A DNA stretch of 64,000 nt, taken from NCBI GenBank assembly GCA_964453605.1, contig CAYVOI010000001.1:548095-612094 (forward strand). The letters run 5' to 3'. The stretch comes from an uncultured Gammaproteobacteria bacterium (lineage in GTDB: Bacteria > Patescibacteriota > Patescibacteriia > Veblenbacterales > UBA10138). Below are positions 46,021 to 56,337 of this stretch, piece by piece. The position numbers and the translations under genes are program-made. Position 1 is the stretch's first letter, and each line of letters starts with the position of its first letter. Under the pieces are notes generated by a model that was not told the DNA's origin, did not search any database, and saw nothing but the letters and a program-made list of their open reading frames with translations.

Positions 46021-47778
46021 TTACTCCTTGGTAACCCGGAGGACTTCCTCAAAGGTCGTGTACCCCTGCAACACTTTGAGCACGCCGTCTTCAGCCATGG
46101 TGAGGGTACCCTGAGCTTGAGCCGCTTGCTTAATAGCGTCAGCGGTGGCGCCTGAGGTTACGAGCTCTTCCATGGCGCGGTCCACCACCAGCACCTCGTA
46201 GATGCCAATGCGGCCCTGGTAGCCCGTGCCATTACAGCGGTTGCACCCCCGCCCACGGCTAAGCCGTACCTCCCAGAGTGGTGGGTTGGGTGGTGGCACT
46301 AAACCCTCGGCTCGGAGCTTGGCAAATACCTCCTCCAGGTTAAACATAGCAGCGTAGCCCTCCAACACTTTACGGGACGAGGGCATGCGCTCGGCACAGT
46401 GCCGGCAGACCTTCCGCACCAGACGCTGACCTACCACCACGTTGACCACCGAGCCAATTTGGAACGGGGCCACACCCATCTCGATAAGCCGCTGTACAGC
46501 GAGGAACGCACTGTTGGTGTGGAGGGTGGAGAGCACGAGGTGGCCAGTCATGGCAGCGTTGATAGCCATGTCCGCAGTTTCCGAATCGCGAATTTCCCCC
46601 ACCATCACAATGTCCGGGTCTTGCCGGAGCAGGGACCGTAAGCCCGCTGCAAAGCCTAAGTTCACCACGGGGTTTATTTGCATTTGGTTTATACCCTCGA
46701 TGCCGTACTCAATGGGGTCTTCCACGGTGCAGATGTTGACATTCTCACGGTGTAAGAGCCGGAGGAAGGAGTAGAGGGTGGTAGTTTTGCCTGAGCCTGT
46801 CGGGCCCGTGACCAGCACCATGCCGTGAGGTTTCGCAATTTCACGTTTTATGACTCCAAGGTCCCGAGGGTTCAGGCCGAGCTTGCCTAAGGCAAACTGG
46901 CGCTCTTTGGTGTCGAGCAAGCGCATAACCATTTTGGTACCGTGCAGGGTTGGAATGGCCGAGATGCGAATAGCTACCTCGCGCTCGTTAAAGCTCACGC
47001 GGAAACGGCCGTCCTGCGGTAGGCGGTACTCGTCGAGCTTGAGGTTGGCCATCAGCTTAAGCCTGGCCACGAGCGGCGGCAGCACGGCGTGGGGGAGCTC
47101 TACAATTTTGTGGAGCATGCCGTCGATGCGAAAGCGAATAATAACCTGATCAGTCGTTGGTTCAAGGTGAATGTCAGAAGCGTTCTGGCCTAAAGCCCGG
47201 TCGATAACCGTGTCCACCATTTTTATAATAGGCACGTGTTGCGCCAGTTTTTCCGCCGAGTCGTGGCTTGAGAGCGAATCACTCACACTGTCGGCGATAA
47301 TCTTGGCAAACTCCTGCGTTAGCTCACCTTGGTACTTCTTAATCGCGCTCCGCACGTCTTGTGGTGTGGCCAGGTACACCTGGGGTTTGAGGCCCGTTTT
47401 CTTTTTTACAAAATCAACCACCCTGGCGTCCGACGGGTCAACCATGGCGACACTTATCTCTGCCCCGGCTTTCTTGAACACTACCACCGAGTGCTGCTCG
47501 GCCGCCTCTTTGGGGATGAGGTTAAGGACGTAGGGGGAAATAACCCGCTTACGCAAACTGACGACCGGTACACCATAGAACTCAGCTAAACAGGAGAGCG
47601 CCTTGCCCTGGTGCACCTCCTCGTGCTCCAGCAAGAGCTCGCCCAAGGGGCGGTCAGTGAGCTTGGCCTGCTTTACAAAATCTTTCAGCTGGTCACGACG
47701 AAGACAGCCCCGGCTCTCAAAGAGCTTGCCCAAGCGGCCGTAATCAATAGTTGTCTTCCCAAAACCAAATACTCCCAT
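46021..47778 (-). CDS. pilB: Type IV pilus assembly ATPase PilB/GspE
   Basis: ASDIHLEP, PQDGR, GPTGSGKTT, EDPIE, LRQDPD, TGHLVLSTLHTN and Zn-binding CxxC pairs. Confidence 0.95.
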   Translation of the reverse strand: MGVFGFGKTTIDYGRLGKLFESRGCLRRDQLKDFVKQAKLTDRPLGELLLEHEEVHQGKALSCLAEFYGVPVVSLRKRVISPYVLNLIPKEAAEQHSVVVFKKAGAEISVAMVDPSDARVVDFVKKKTGLKPQVYLATPQDVRSAIKKYQGELTQEFAKIIADSVSDSLSSHDSAEKLAQHVPIIKMVDTVIDRALGQNASDIHLEPTTDQVIIRFRIDGMLHKIVELPHAVLPPLVARLKLMANLKLDEYRLPQDGRFRVSFNEREVAIRISAIPTLHGTKMVMRLLDTKERQFALGKLGLNPRDLGVIKREIAKPHGMVLVTGPTGSGKTTTLYSFLRLLHRENVNICTVEDPIEYGIEGINQMQINPVVNLGFAAGLRSLLRQDPDIVMVGEIRDSETADMAINAAMTGHLVLSTLHTNSAFLAVQRLIEMGVAPFQIGSVVNVVVGQRLVRKVCRHCAERMPSSRKVLEGYAAMFNLEEVFAKLRAEGLVPPPNPPLWEVRLSRGRGCNRCNGTGYQGRIGIYEVLVVDRAMEELVTSGATADAIKQAAQAQGTLTMAEDGVLKVLQGYTTFEEVLRVTKE

Positions 47779-47860
47779 AGGTTGTCTACTGTAGTTATCG
47801 CTAGGCTGGTCGAAAAGTTACACCTGAGTGGCCTAAAAAGTCATGCAAAAAGCACTCCCG

Positions 47861-47889
47861 AATATACCACTCCCGTAAAGCTCTGTCAA
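47861..47889 (-). promoter_or_regulatory. Promoter of the pil operon
   Basis: TTGACA-17-TATATT with an extended TG. Confidence 0.65.
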
Positions 47890-47904
47890 TACGCACCAAA
47901 CACA

Positions 47905-47932
47905 AAACCCATTCGCTAAGCGCGAATGGGTT
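47905..47932 (-). terminator. Terminator after the CAP-domain gene
   Basis: AACCCATTCGC-N5-GCGAATGGGTT with a U-tract on the minus strand. Confidence 0.75.
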
Positions 47933-47947
47933 CAGTACCAGAACAGG

Positions 47948-49285
47948 CTAAACCACGGTCAGTACCAGTGCCAGCGCCAGCACCAAGCCAGCGTGGCTAA
48001 TGACCGAGACGTGCTGCACGCGAATTTTGATAAAGATGTTGAGCAAGAGCGCCGCCGTCAGGAAGACGACAAAGTAGAGGTAGAACTGTGTGACTGAGTC
48101 ACCCAGGTTATGGACCGTGAGGAAGCCAAAGAACTTGGCAAACCGGTCGGTACCTTCGTTAAAGGTGTAGAGGTGCTGGGTGGTGGCCGCGGGGGCAAGG
48201 AGCACCAGCGGGCGATCGGTCACTAAACCGTCACGCCCAACAGCCGTAACCGAGAGCATCTCCCCGCTCTTACTAAACTCGGCAGCGTTGAACGGTAGCG
48301 TACCGCTCCAGGTAGCGCTGAGGGGGTCGGGAATCAGTGGAACGCTCTGCGAGGCCAAACGTGCGGTAACGCTCTCCGCCCCCGTAACGAGCACGCTCAG
48401 CTGGTAGGCGGCACCTACGGGCGTGAGCTTGAGGCTAGCATCGTAGACCACGGGCGCCGTAGCCGCCGGCGCGGCGGCAGCGGGAGCCGGAACGGGCGCG
48501 GGTGTGGTTGCGGCCGGCGGCGGAACTGGCTTTGGTTTCGGCGTGGCCTCGGCCGCGGCCACCGTGCCAGGCGTGGCTGGCGCAGGAGCCGGTACCACCG
48601 TCTTGGTGACCGGCGCTGAGGTAGTACTCGGGGTGAGGTGCGGCGCGGGCGGGGTAGCGGTCGCCAGCACCACCGGAGCACCAAAGTGCTCCACCACGAA
48701 AATGCTGTCAAAACCCTCGAACGTACCCATAGCTACGCCAACACCCATTTCAGTATAGTTCGGCTGGACAATGTTGGCGCGGTGGGTGGGTGAGGCCAGC
48801 CAGCCTTCTTGCACGTCTTCAGCGCTGGTAAAGTGCACGGCCAAGTTCTCACCGGCGTAGGTGTAGCGGTACCCGGCAGCGGCAAACCAGCTCCAGGGGC
48901 TAGCGCCATTGGGGCTTACGTGGGCAAAGTACTGCTGCTGCAGCATGTCGTTGGCCTTAGCCTGAGCTGACTGGTCGAGCTTAGTGTTCTCTTTGAGCAC
49001 GCCCAGGCTTAGGTTAGCGCGCGTTTGGTTGGTAAGGTCGATGATGTTCTGCCGCGTGATGGCGCTCGAGTATAGGCTGGAGGACGGCAGCACCAGTGGC
49101 ACCACAATCACGAGCACCTTGAGGAGCACCAGCACCACGCTGTACCCAACCAGCACCGAGTGCTTCAGCACGTGGGGGCGGTAGCCATTACCCTGGTGGG
49201 GTATGAAGTGGTCTTTGAGGTGGCCACCGACCTTCTGTAAGTGGTGCTTAACCTGGGCCATAAAGTTCTGAGGTGTGTATGCCAT
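47948..49285 (-). CDS. CAP/SCP-domain membrane protein
   Basis: LTNQTR, YFAHVSP.G, AGENLA and W.ASPTHRANI; Pro/Ala linker; C-terminal TMs. Confidence 0.9.
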   Translation of the reverse strand: MAYTPQNFMAQVKHHLQKVGGHLKDHFIPHQGNGYRPHVLKHSVLVGYSVVLVLLKVLVIVVPLVLPSSSLYSSAITRQNIIDLTNQTRANLSLGVLKENTKLDQSAQAKANDMLQQQYFAHVSPNGASPWSWFAAAGYRYTYAGENLAVHFTSAEDVQEGWLASPTHRANIVQPNYTEMGVGVAMGTFEGFDSIFVVEHFGAPVVLATATPPAPHLTPSTTSAPVTKTVVPAPAPATPGTVAAAEATPKPKPVPPPAATTPAPVPAPAAAAPAATAPVVYDASLKLTPVGAAYQLSVLVTGAESVTARLASQSVPLIPDPLSATWSGTLPFNAAEFSKSGEMLSVTAVGRDGLVTDRPLVLLAPAATTQHLYTFNEGTDRFAKFFGFLTVHNLGDSVTQFYLYFVVFLTAALLLNIFIKIRVQHVSVISHAGLVLALALVLTVV

Positions 49286-49439
49286 ACGTGCTGCCGAGGT
49301 AACAGCCTACTCTACACCAACGTAGCACGTTTGTCAAGCCTGAACCATACTACTCAAGGCCAGAACGCAAGCTGAAACTGAACCTACAGCACTGAGCGTG
49401 TAGACGTCTCGGCCGAGGTAGTACGCAGTCCTGACCAGG

Positions 49440-52400
49440 CTACTGACGAGCACCGGAGTAGGCAATAGCTCTGACCGTGTCCCAATCGGCAGCGCTCTGG
49501 GGTGCGTGGCCATAGGTAGCGGTGAACGACTTAGCCGCTGCCGCTTCACTCCCCAAGTTACGGCCGGTTGGCCGTAGGCCATAGGCCATCACAGTTACCG
49601 CCGCGTCGTCATGTGCGTTGCTGTCGCGCTGTGGCTCACGTTTGTATATTTTCACAAAGGCCTCTTCCGCCTGCTGTTCTTTGGCTTGGTTACGCTGGGT
49701 AGGCCAGCGGCCGTTGGCAATTTTGATCACGTCCTGCCAGTCGCCTTCAGTACTCGGCGCTTTGCCAAAAGCCGAAGCGAAACTGGACACTACACCCGCC
49801 CGCTCCCCCTGGCCTAAGCGCTGCGTGGTCGGGGTACCAAGCGCAATAAAGTCTTTTAGCTGTGGGGTAATGGTAGCAAGTTCAGCTTGTAACACTTTTA
49901 TTTTGGCGATGATCGTCTCAGCGCGCTGCAAGAGCGCGGCGGCTTGGCTTGGATCAACGCTTGTCACCTGGTCAACGTTGTTGGTAGCAACCGCTTGGGC
50001 GTCGATGGTAATGTCGTTTAGGCTCGTTGCCGAAGATGTAGTGTGGAACGTCGCTACCGGGCTGCCGTAGTAATACCCCGTGGCATTGTGACCTTCTACC
50101 TTGTAGTAGTAGGTTCTATTGGGTAGGAGGTTTAAGAGCTGTATCGTATAGACCGTGGCTAGCTCGGTGCTCTGGGTGATGGGCATCACAAACGACAGGT
50201 CGTTCGCACTTGAACCAAAACCATAAAACACACGGCCCGTGGCTGGCTGATCAACCTTCCAGTCCACAGTAGCGCCCTGGCTAGTGATGTTAGAAACGTT
50301 CACATCATAAGCGCCGATGCTGTGGCCATCTGGGGTACACTTCTGGTACTCATGGGTGTGATCGCCAAAGTAGGCCCAGACTAATCGGTACGAACCGTCG
50401 GGGTTTGTTTTCCAGTCTAGGTCATTAACCCCCGGCGTATACCACTCAGACCAAGTACCCGAGAACCACTGGATGCGGTAGTTCAGTACCTCGGGGTGTT
50501 TAGAGCTGTCGAGTGTGCCAAACTCGGTTGTGTGCAGGGCCGGCTCTGTTATGGTCGTGAACGTTGCGCAGAACGAGGGGTCGCGAACTACCACCGTAAT
50601 CCCCTGCATGTCGCCTTGGCCAGAAGCGTCCACCATTTTGAATGCAACTTGATAGGTGCCCGGCGTACTAAAGAAATGGTAAAACTTTCCGTCAGTGTTC
50701 GTATCTACGCTCGTACCGGTTGCCCAGCTCGCTGAATAGGTGAGCGTGCCACCGCTGGGGTTATTCGGCTCAACTTTGAACTGCGCTGAACCCCCCACAT
50801 CAATGGTGCGCGTACCAAAAATGTACTTAATGGTTGGCCGGATGGTCGTACCACCAGAGTTGGTGATCACACTCAGAATAGGCTGACCATCGACGTAGAG
50901 GTGGCTAGCGGTATCGCTCAAAGTCCCGTTTTGGTTCGCGTCGTAGCCCAGGTCAGCTTCACTGACTGAATAGCTCAAGTACCCCAGCACGGGCGCACCC
51001 AGAGCAAACGTATCACCATTGGCAATACTACCGGCTGTACTTAGTACCACAGTAAGGTAGCGGTAAGAACCGGGGTTCAGGGTCAATGGTGAAGTGGCAC
51101 TACCGGGCGTAGGTAGCGTACCAAAGTTCAAAGTATCAAAAGTAGTCATTGCCACACTATTACTTAGGTAATCAGAAGAGTTTTCACTTGAAGCGTATAG
51201 AGTGTAGCGCTCGTTGGTGCCTGTGTGGCTGCCCCCATCAGCGAACTGTGCCGACGTCAAGGTAACCTTAGCCGAGCCGTTGTTCTGGAGCTTGAACCTC
51301 CCCAAAGCTGTACCGGTCGCTACCACTTCAGTTACAGGGGTGGTTGGCTCAAACGCGCTCACCACTACGCCGAAAGGGACAATGTTGCTCCGGGCATTAC
51401 TTTGACCATTTAAGTTTCCGCCTGCATATGTTGGCGCCACGCCGGTCTGTGCGCCTCTCGCAGTAATGTCAGCTCCAGCTGTCATATCAAGGCTCAGGTA
51501 GAAATCATCCCCCAGGTAGCCTATGCCCCCACCTCCAACACTGGCTTTGGCGTAGATGGTTACCACTGTGCCCGGCTGAACCGGTTCAGCAAGTAGGTTA
51601 TCAGTTGCCGTCCAGGTGGTAGAACAGCTGTTGTTAACGCAAGTTGAGAACTGGCTCGCTGTAGCAAATGGGGTACTATCCATGGGGGCGGCACCTACTT
51701 GACGGTACAGTGTTATATTCACTAAGTCATTCTGGTGTAACCTAGAACCTGCAGCGTGGAGAGTGAGTCGACTAACTTTCTGCGCCTCACCTTGAGCATA
51801 GAGCTTAACAGCCAAGTATGTTTTACCTTGAGTGCCCACAGGTACTAACTGCTGTACAGTCGGGGTGGCATTAACACCCGAAACCAATGAGCCGGTGAGT
51901 GAGGTTGTGGCGCCAAACTTACAACTGGTCAGTTGCGCGACATCGGTAAGGCAAGGCTGGACTCCAGTAATATCTAGTCCCGTTTGGTAGACAAATGCAC
52001 TTAGCGCGGTTTGAATGTCGGCTGTACTATATCGGTTGGCTACAAAAGCGGCGTCGGTTGCAAACTTCATAGCCTGACCACCATAGAGGAGGTACGTTGC
52101 GCCACTGGTGGTTGTTGAGTAGCGGAAAATGGTACCATCGGGGTAAATTGAACTGAGTGGAGCACCGAGCGAGTAGTTCGCCCAGAACGCATCAGGCACA
52201 GTTAGAACCCTAGCGGACCAATTCGGACCGTAGAGGGTAGGCAGCAAGTCAGACGAGACTAGGTGTAAGACATTGGGGTACGAAATAGCGTACACACTAG
52301 TGTCAGTACTAATTTTCACAAGCCAGGTACCGGGCCGAACAGTAACATCACCACCTATCGGCAGCGCCTGTAGTTGTGATGGCGTAACCACCTTGACCTG

Positions 52401-53615
52401 GTTCTCACTCAAACCCCACGAGTAAAACACTTGCTTCCAATCGGTCCAATCAGGAGTACGGGGGAACACATAACGCTTACCATCGCTCCCCATGTAGTAT
52501 ATCCAGTTGCAAGGGTCATTGGTGCCGGCATCCACGGTGCAGGCCAGCTTGAATAAATCACCAGGGTTAAGTCCTGACGATGCTACCAGTGTAAACGTCG
52601 CTGTCACCGATTTCGCACCACTCATGGTAATGGTGCAGGTGCCTGTGCCAGTACAACCACCGCTCCAGCCAGCAAAGGTGGAACCGTTTTGAGCCATAGC
52701 GGTCAACGTAACCGTGGCACCACTCAAGAAGCTCGCGCTACAAACGCTGCCGCAGTTTATAACACTACCCGGTTGCAAGGAAGTACCTTCGAACACGGTG
52801 CCTGAACCAGTACCGACTTTCGAAACCGTCAACGTGAAGGTTGGAGTTGTAGCTGTGGTGGTGAATGAGAGTACCGAACCGTAACTTTTCCCAGCGCTAT
52901 TTTCTCCTATGGCACAGTAGTAGTAGGTGGTTACCGAGCTCAGCTGATTTACATCATAACTATAACCAATAAGAATCGAACCGCTACCGTTGCTGATGCC
53001 GCCGGTGGCAGGCAGGCGCGTGCCAAAGCTATCAGTACAGCTGCCAGGACTGGTAGTAGACAAACGGAACCAGCTAGACGTGGCTAGACCGTTCGGGTTG
53101 GTGGTGCCCTGGAGGGAGGCCGAAGTTGCTGTGACCAATGTCGCTGCTCCCGAAGTAACGGTGGGTGCCGTAGCGCTAGTGGTAAAGGTTGCGGTAACGG
53201 TTTGGTTGGCGCTCATAGTAACGGTACACGACGTACTGGCGGTGAGCGAAGCGCTGGAGTTTAGAGCGGCGGTGACAATGGGAGTACAACCACTTAAGCC
53301 CACGGTCGAGCCGGTGGCTGGGGTAGCACTTATGATTACCGTGGTGCCAGCTACAAACGACGCGCTACAAGCTGTGCCGCAGTCAATACCCCCTAGGTTA
53401 GACGTTACAGTGCCACTCCCCGTGCCAGCCCTCACCACCGTCAGTGCATAGTACACCGAGCCAGTACCCGACCCATCGATGGGTGTGGTAGCAGCACTAG
53501 CAAACTGCCCCAGCATGCTGCTGTATAACAAAATACCCATCACCAAGATGCTAGAAGCACCTAAAAAGTGGTGCGGCTTGTGGAGCTTGGCGAGCTGATG
53601 TAACCCTTGGGTCAT
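49440..53615 (-). CDS. Large secreted/surface protein (InlB-B-like repeats, FN3-like, PKD-like, CPR-type C-terminal domain)
   Basis: SD AGGAGG before ATG 53615; signal peptide; GTGSG.V...CG..CSASF..G..V repeats with F.GWSGGC. Confidence 0.8.
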   Translation of the reverse strand: MTQGLHQLAKLHKPHHFLGASSILVMGILLYSSMLGQFASAATTPIDGSGTGSVYYALTVVRAGTGSGTVTSNLGGIDCGTACSASFVAGTTVIISATPATGSTVGLSGCTPIVTAALNSSASLTASTSCTVTMSANQTVTATFTTSATAPTVTSGAATLVTATSASLQGTTNPNGLATSSWFRLSTTSPGSCTDSFGTRLPATGGISNGSGSILIGYSYDVNQLSSVTTYYYCAIGENSAGKSYGSVLSFTTTATTPTFTLTVSKVGTGSGTVFEGTSLQPGSVINCGSVCSASFLSGATVTLTAMAQNGSTFAGWSGGCTGTGTCTITMSGAKSVTATFTLVASSGLNPGDLFKLACTVDAGTNDPCNWIYYMGSDGKRYVFPRTPDWTDWKQVFYSWGLSENQVKVVTPSQLQALPIGGDVTVRPGTWLVKISTDTSVYAISYPNVLHLVSSDLLPTLYGPNWSARVLTVPDAFWANYSLGAPLSSIYPDGTIFRYSTTTSGATYLLYGGQAMKFATDAAFVANRYSTADIQTALSAFVYQTGLDITGVQPCLTDVAQLTSCKFGATTSLTGSLVSGVNATPTVQQLVPVGTQGKTYLAVKLYAQGEAQKVSRLTLHAAGSRLHQNDLVNITLYRQVGAAPMDSTPFATASQFSTCVNNSCSTTWTATDNLLAEPVQPGTVVTIYAKASVGGGGIGYLGDDFYLSLDMTAGADITARGAQTGVAPTYAGGNLNGQSNARSNIVPFGVVVSAFEPTTPVTEVVATGTALGRFKLQNNGSAKVTLTSAQFADGGSHTGTNERYTLYASSENSSDYLSNSVAMTTFDTLNFGTLPTPGSATSPLTLNPGSYRYLTVVLSTAGSIANGDTFALGAPVLGYLSYSVSEADLGYDANQNGTLSDTASHLYVDGQPILSVITNSGGTTIRPTIKYIFGTRTIDVGGSAQFKVEPNNPSGGTLTYSASWATGTSVDTNTDGKFYHFFSTPGTYQVAFKMVDASGQGDMQGITVVVRDPSFCATFTTITEPALHTTEFGTLDSSKHPEVLNYRIQWFSGTWSEWYTPGVNDLDWKTNPDGSYRLVWAYFGDHTHEYQKCTPDGHSIGAYDVNVSNITSQGATVDWKVDQPATGRVFYGFGSSANDLSFVMPITQSTELATVYTIQLLNLLPNRTYYYKVEGHNATGYYYGSPVATFHTTSSATSLNDITIDAQAVATNNVDQVTSVDPSQAAALLQRAETIIAKIKVLQAELATITPQLKDFIALGTPTTQRLGQGERAGVVSSFASAFGKAPSTEGDWQDVIKIANGRWPTQRNQAKEQQAEEAFVKIYKREPQRDSNAHDDAAVTVMAYGLRPTGRNLGSEAAAAKSFTATYGHAPQSAADWDTVRAIAYSGARQ

Positions 53616-53750
53616 GTTTGTTTTCCTCCTAAATAGCTCCCTAAAAATTAGAGCGCTAAAATAATTATTTAGGCTAACTGTAGCCATTACAGTAATAATT
53701 TTAGCACAAAATGAAGAAAAAATCAAGCTAATATCCGATAAAAATCAAAC

Positions 53751-53774
53751 AGGGGTGAACCTAGGTTCACCCCT
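53751..53774. terminator. Perfect 24-bp palindrome after the SPFH gene (terminator or REP-like)
   Basis: AGGGGTGAACCT|AGGTTCACCCCT. Confidence 0.55.
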
Positions 53775-53795
53775 ATCGTAAGTGCGTACTAACAG

Positions 53796-54554
53796 CTATG
53801 CTCGCTTCATTCGCTCTTCACTTAAGAAATTCTGAATGTCATTCACGGTACCCATGAGCTGGGCCGGGAAAATGATGGTGGAGTTTTTCTCAGTCGCTAT
53901 CTCAGCTAAGGTTTGCAGGTTCCTAAGCTGCAACGCAATAGGGTGGGCCATCATAATGTCGGCGGTATCGGCTAGCTTTTGAGCGGAGAGGAACTCACCC
54001 TCAGCAGAAATTATCTTGGCACGCTTTTCACGCTCAGCCTCAGCCTGCTTGGCAATGGCCCGCTGCATATCGTCGGGCAGTTGTATGTCCTTAATGTCCA
54101 CACTACTTACCACAACCCCCCACTGCTCGGTGTAGGAGTCCAGGTACTTGGTAATTTCAGCGTTAATAGTTTCACGCTCCGAGAGAATTTCATCAAGCTG
54201 GAACTTACCCACAATATTGCGGAGCGACGTTTGGGCAATTTGGTCTATGGCATCACGAACGTTCTGAATAGCCACAATGCTCTTGACGGGGTCCACGATA
54301 CGGTAGTACGAAACTGCTGAGACATCGACCGAGACATTGTCTTTGGTGATTATCTTCTGCGCTGGCACAGGTAGTGTCACCACGCGAAGGTCAACTACTC
54401 TCAAGCTTTGGAACAGCGGCACTATCCAAGTAAGCCCAGGGTTACGCTCACCGACGATTTTACCAAACATGAACACTACCCCGCGCTCGTACTGCTGCAC
54501 CGTTCTCAGGCCAGCGAGCACTATAATTATAATGACGGAAACCACATACCACAT
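53796..54554 (-). CDS. SPFH/stomatin (slipin) family protein
   Basis: QYERGV, VDLR, ITKDNV, AQTSLR and QAEAEREKRAKII.AEGE. Confidence 0.95.
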   Translation of the reverse strand: MWYVVSVIIIIVLAGLRTVQQYERGVVFMFGKIVGERNPGLTWIVPLFQSLRVVDLRVVTLPVPAQKIITKDNVSVDVSAVSYYRIVDPVKSIVAIQNVRDAIDQIAQTSLRNIVGKFQLDEILSERETINAEITKYLDSYTEQWGVVVSSVDIKDIQLPDDMQRAIAKQAEAEREKRAKIISAEGEFLSAQKLADTADIMMAHPIALQLRNLQTLAEIATEKNSTIIFPAQLMGTVNDIQNFLSEERMKRA

Positions 54555-54566
54555 AGCGCTCAAGAG

Positions 54567-54815
54567 TTAAGGGTAAATTTGCTTGCCGTCGTCGTCCTCG
54601 ATGATGATGGCGTTGGTGGGGCAAGCGCGCGCCGCTTCTAAAATTAAAGCGGCATCCACCGGCAGCTCTTTGTAATCAACCCACTCACTGGTCTTGTCTC
54701 CGGCCGCACGCTTAATGACCGCTTTGCCCTCTTCATCAAGCTCGAACACTTCCGGGAGCAGCGCAATGCAGCTCGCCGCGCCAATACAGAGTTCTCGGTC
54801 AACCCGTACACGCAT
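54567..54815 (-). CDS. Ferredoxin, probably [3Fe-4S]
   Basis: CIGAASC...CPTNAI (CxxAxxC variant). Confidence 0.9.
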   Translation of the reverse strand: MRVRVDRELCIGAASCIALLPEVFELDEEGKAVIKRAAGDKTSEWVDYKELPVDAALILEAARACPTNAIIIEDDDGKQIYP

Positions 54816-54821
54816 ACGTTC

Positions 54822-55910
54822 TTACGGTTTGAGGGGAGGAAGGATTGGTTTTAGGTCAAGGTCGAAACAGTAGTGCCCTGCGGGATGCGTCCAATTCACA
54901 TCATACGGACTATAGAGCGGTACCGCCCGCGGCGCTGGCGACGTACCAGCTGGTTCAGCTGCCTCAAACGTGGCACAGATTTGAACAGCAGTACCACTAC
55001 CGGGCTTATACTCGTACGGTTGACCCGTGAGTGGGTCTTGGGGCACTGTAGGAGCATAGCCGTTTTGAAGTGCACCTAAATCCGCCGGCAAACGACCCTT
55101 TTGGCTATAGTAGCTAGTAACCCCGTTATAGATACTTTGCAGGTCAGTCACCCGCTGCTGGTCGCGCACGGCCTGCTGTCGTTCAAACGGTGTGCCGTTG
55201 AGGTAGAACCCAAAGGCTATCGCAGCCACCACCACTACGGTGAAAGCGATACCATGGGCGCGGTGCCAGGCCTTAGGGTAGGCTGCTTTTCTCTCGTCAC
55301 GCTTGACAGTTACAAAGTAGTACACAATCACCCACCCGCCAATGAGGAGTATGGTCAAAACTTTGAGCAAGAACCGCGCGTTGACTTCGCCCGCCAAAAA
55401 ACGGTCCACCAGCGCAATCAAGTCCCCTATGACCGTGGCGGCGGCTAAGAACAGCGCCAGGTAGATGAGCACGCGCCGCACCTTGGACATGGCGCTGGTG
55501 CGCCCGGCGGCCACGTCCCTCACCAACACCCAGGTAATAGCAAAAAAGACAGGGGCGGCGACGATGAGCGAAGCCAGTGGCCACGGTATGGCGCCACTGT
55601 CGCTTCCGTAGACGTTACCAACCACGTCGGGATAGTAGCGATTGATGGCCGCAAACATCACGCCTCCGAGCGAGGTAGCGGCAATACCCAGGGTAATAAA
55701 CTGCAGTAGGTAAAAGAAAATCTCGCGGCCCGAAGATTTTGGCGCGGGGGGCGCGGGCGGCACTAAATCACCGGTTGGCATGAGCGCCTGGGCAACTACA
55801 CCAAGGTCCCAGCCTGAGGTTGCCAGCATGGTTTGGATATCGGCATCACTCTTCCCGGCCGCGCGCGCTTTAGCTACAAACTGAGAAAGTTGTTCGTTGG
55901 TCTGTTTCAT
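54822..55910 (-). CDS. DUF5671-like membrane protein with pilin-like C-terminal domain
   Basis: 4-5 TM segments; RDQQRVTDL and PQDPLTGQPYEY..ICATF. Confidence 0.75.
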   Translation of the reverse strand: MKQTNEQLSQFVAKARAAGKSDADIQTMLATSGWDLGVVAQALMPTGDLVPPAPPAPKSSGREIFFYLLQFITLGIAATSLGGVMFAAINRYYPDVVGNVYGSDSGAIPWPLASLIVAAPVFFAITWVLVRDVAAGRTSAMSKVRRVLIYLALFLAAATVIGDLIALVDRFLAGEVNARFLLKVLTILLIGGWVIVYYFVTVKRDERKAAYPKAWHRAHGIAFTVVVVAAIAFGFYLNGTPFERQQAVRDQQRVTDLQSIYNGVTSYYSQKGRLPADLGALQNGYAPTVPQDPLTGQPYEYKPGSGTAVQICATFEAAEPAGTSPAPRAVPLYSPYDVNWTHPAGHYCFDLDLKPILPPLKP

Positions 55911-55916
55911 AAAGGT

Positions 55917-56333
55917 TTAGAGTGCAATAAGAACCGCACCAGCGGCCATGAGTATGGTACCAGCAATCACCTTAAACGTTAAGCCTTCACCAAGGAGTAA
56001 GCCGGCTAGCACAACCGTAAAAACCAATGATAGCTTATCAATGGGCGCCACCCGCGAGGCCGGGCCGGCCTTAAGCGCGTAGAAGTAAAAGAGCCACGAG
56101 AGCGCGGTAGCAATGGCTGAAAGAAATAGGAAGAGCCAGGTTTTGTTGGATAAGTGTGCGAGCTCGGCCAGCTTCCCTTGGTACAGTACAATAGCCCACG
56201 CAAACAAGAGTATGAACACCGTGCGAATGGCGGTAGCGAGGTTAGAGTTCACCCCGGCTACACCTATTTTAGCCAAGATAGCCGTGAGGCTGGCAAAGAA
56301 AGCGGATAAGAGAGCAGCTACAACCCAGGACAT
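55917..56333 (-). CDS. EamA/DMT family transporter
   Basis: LTAILAKIG, ATAIRT and SRVAPIDKLS. Confidence 0.93.
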   Translation of the reverse strand: MSWVVAALLSAFFASLTAILAKIGVAGVNSNLATAIRTVFILLFAWAIVLYQGKLAELAHLSNKTWLFLFLSAIATALSWLFYFYALKAGPASRVAPIDKLSLVFTVVLAGLLLGEGLTFKVIAGTILMAAGAVLIAL

Positions 56334-56337
56334 AGAG

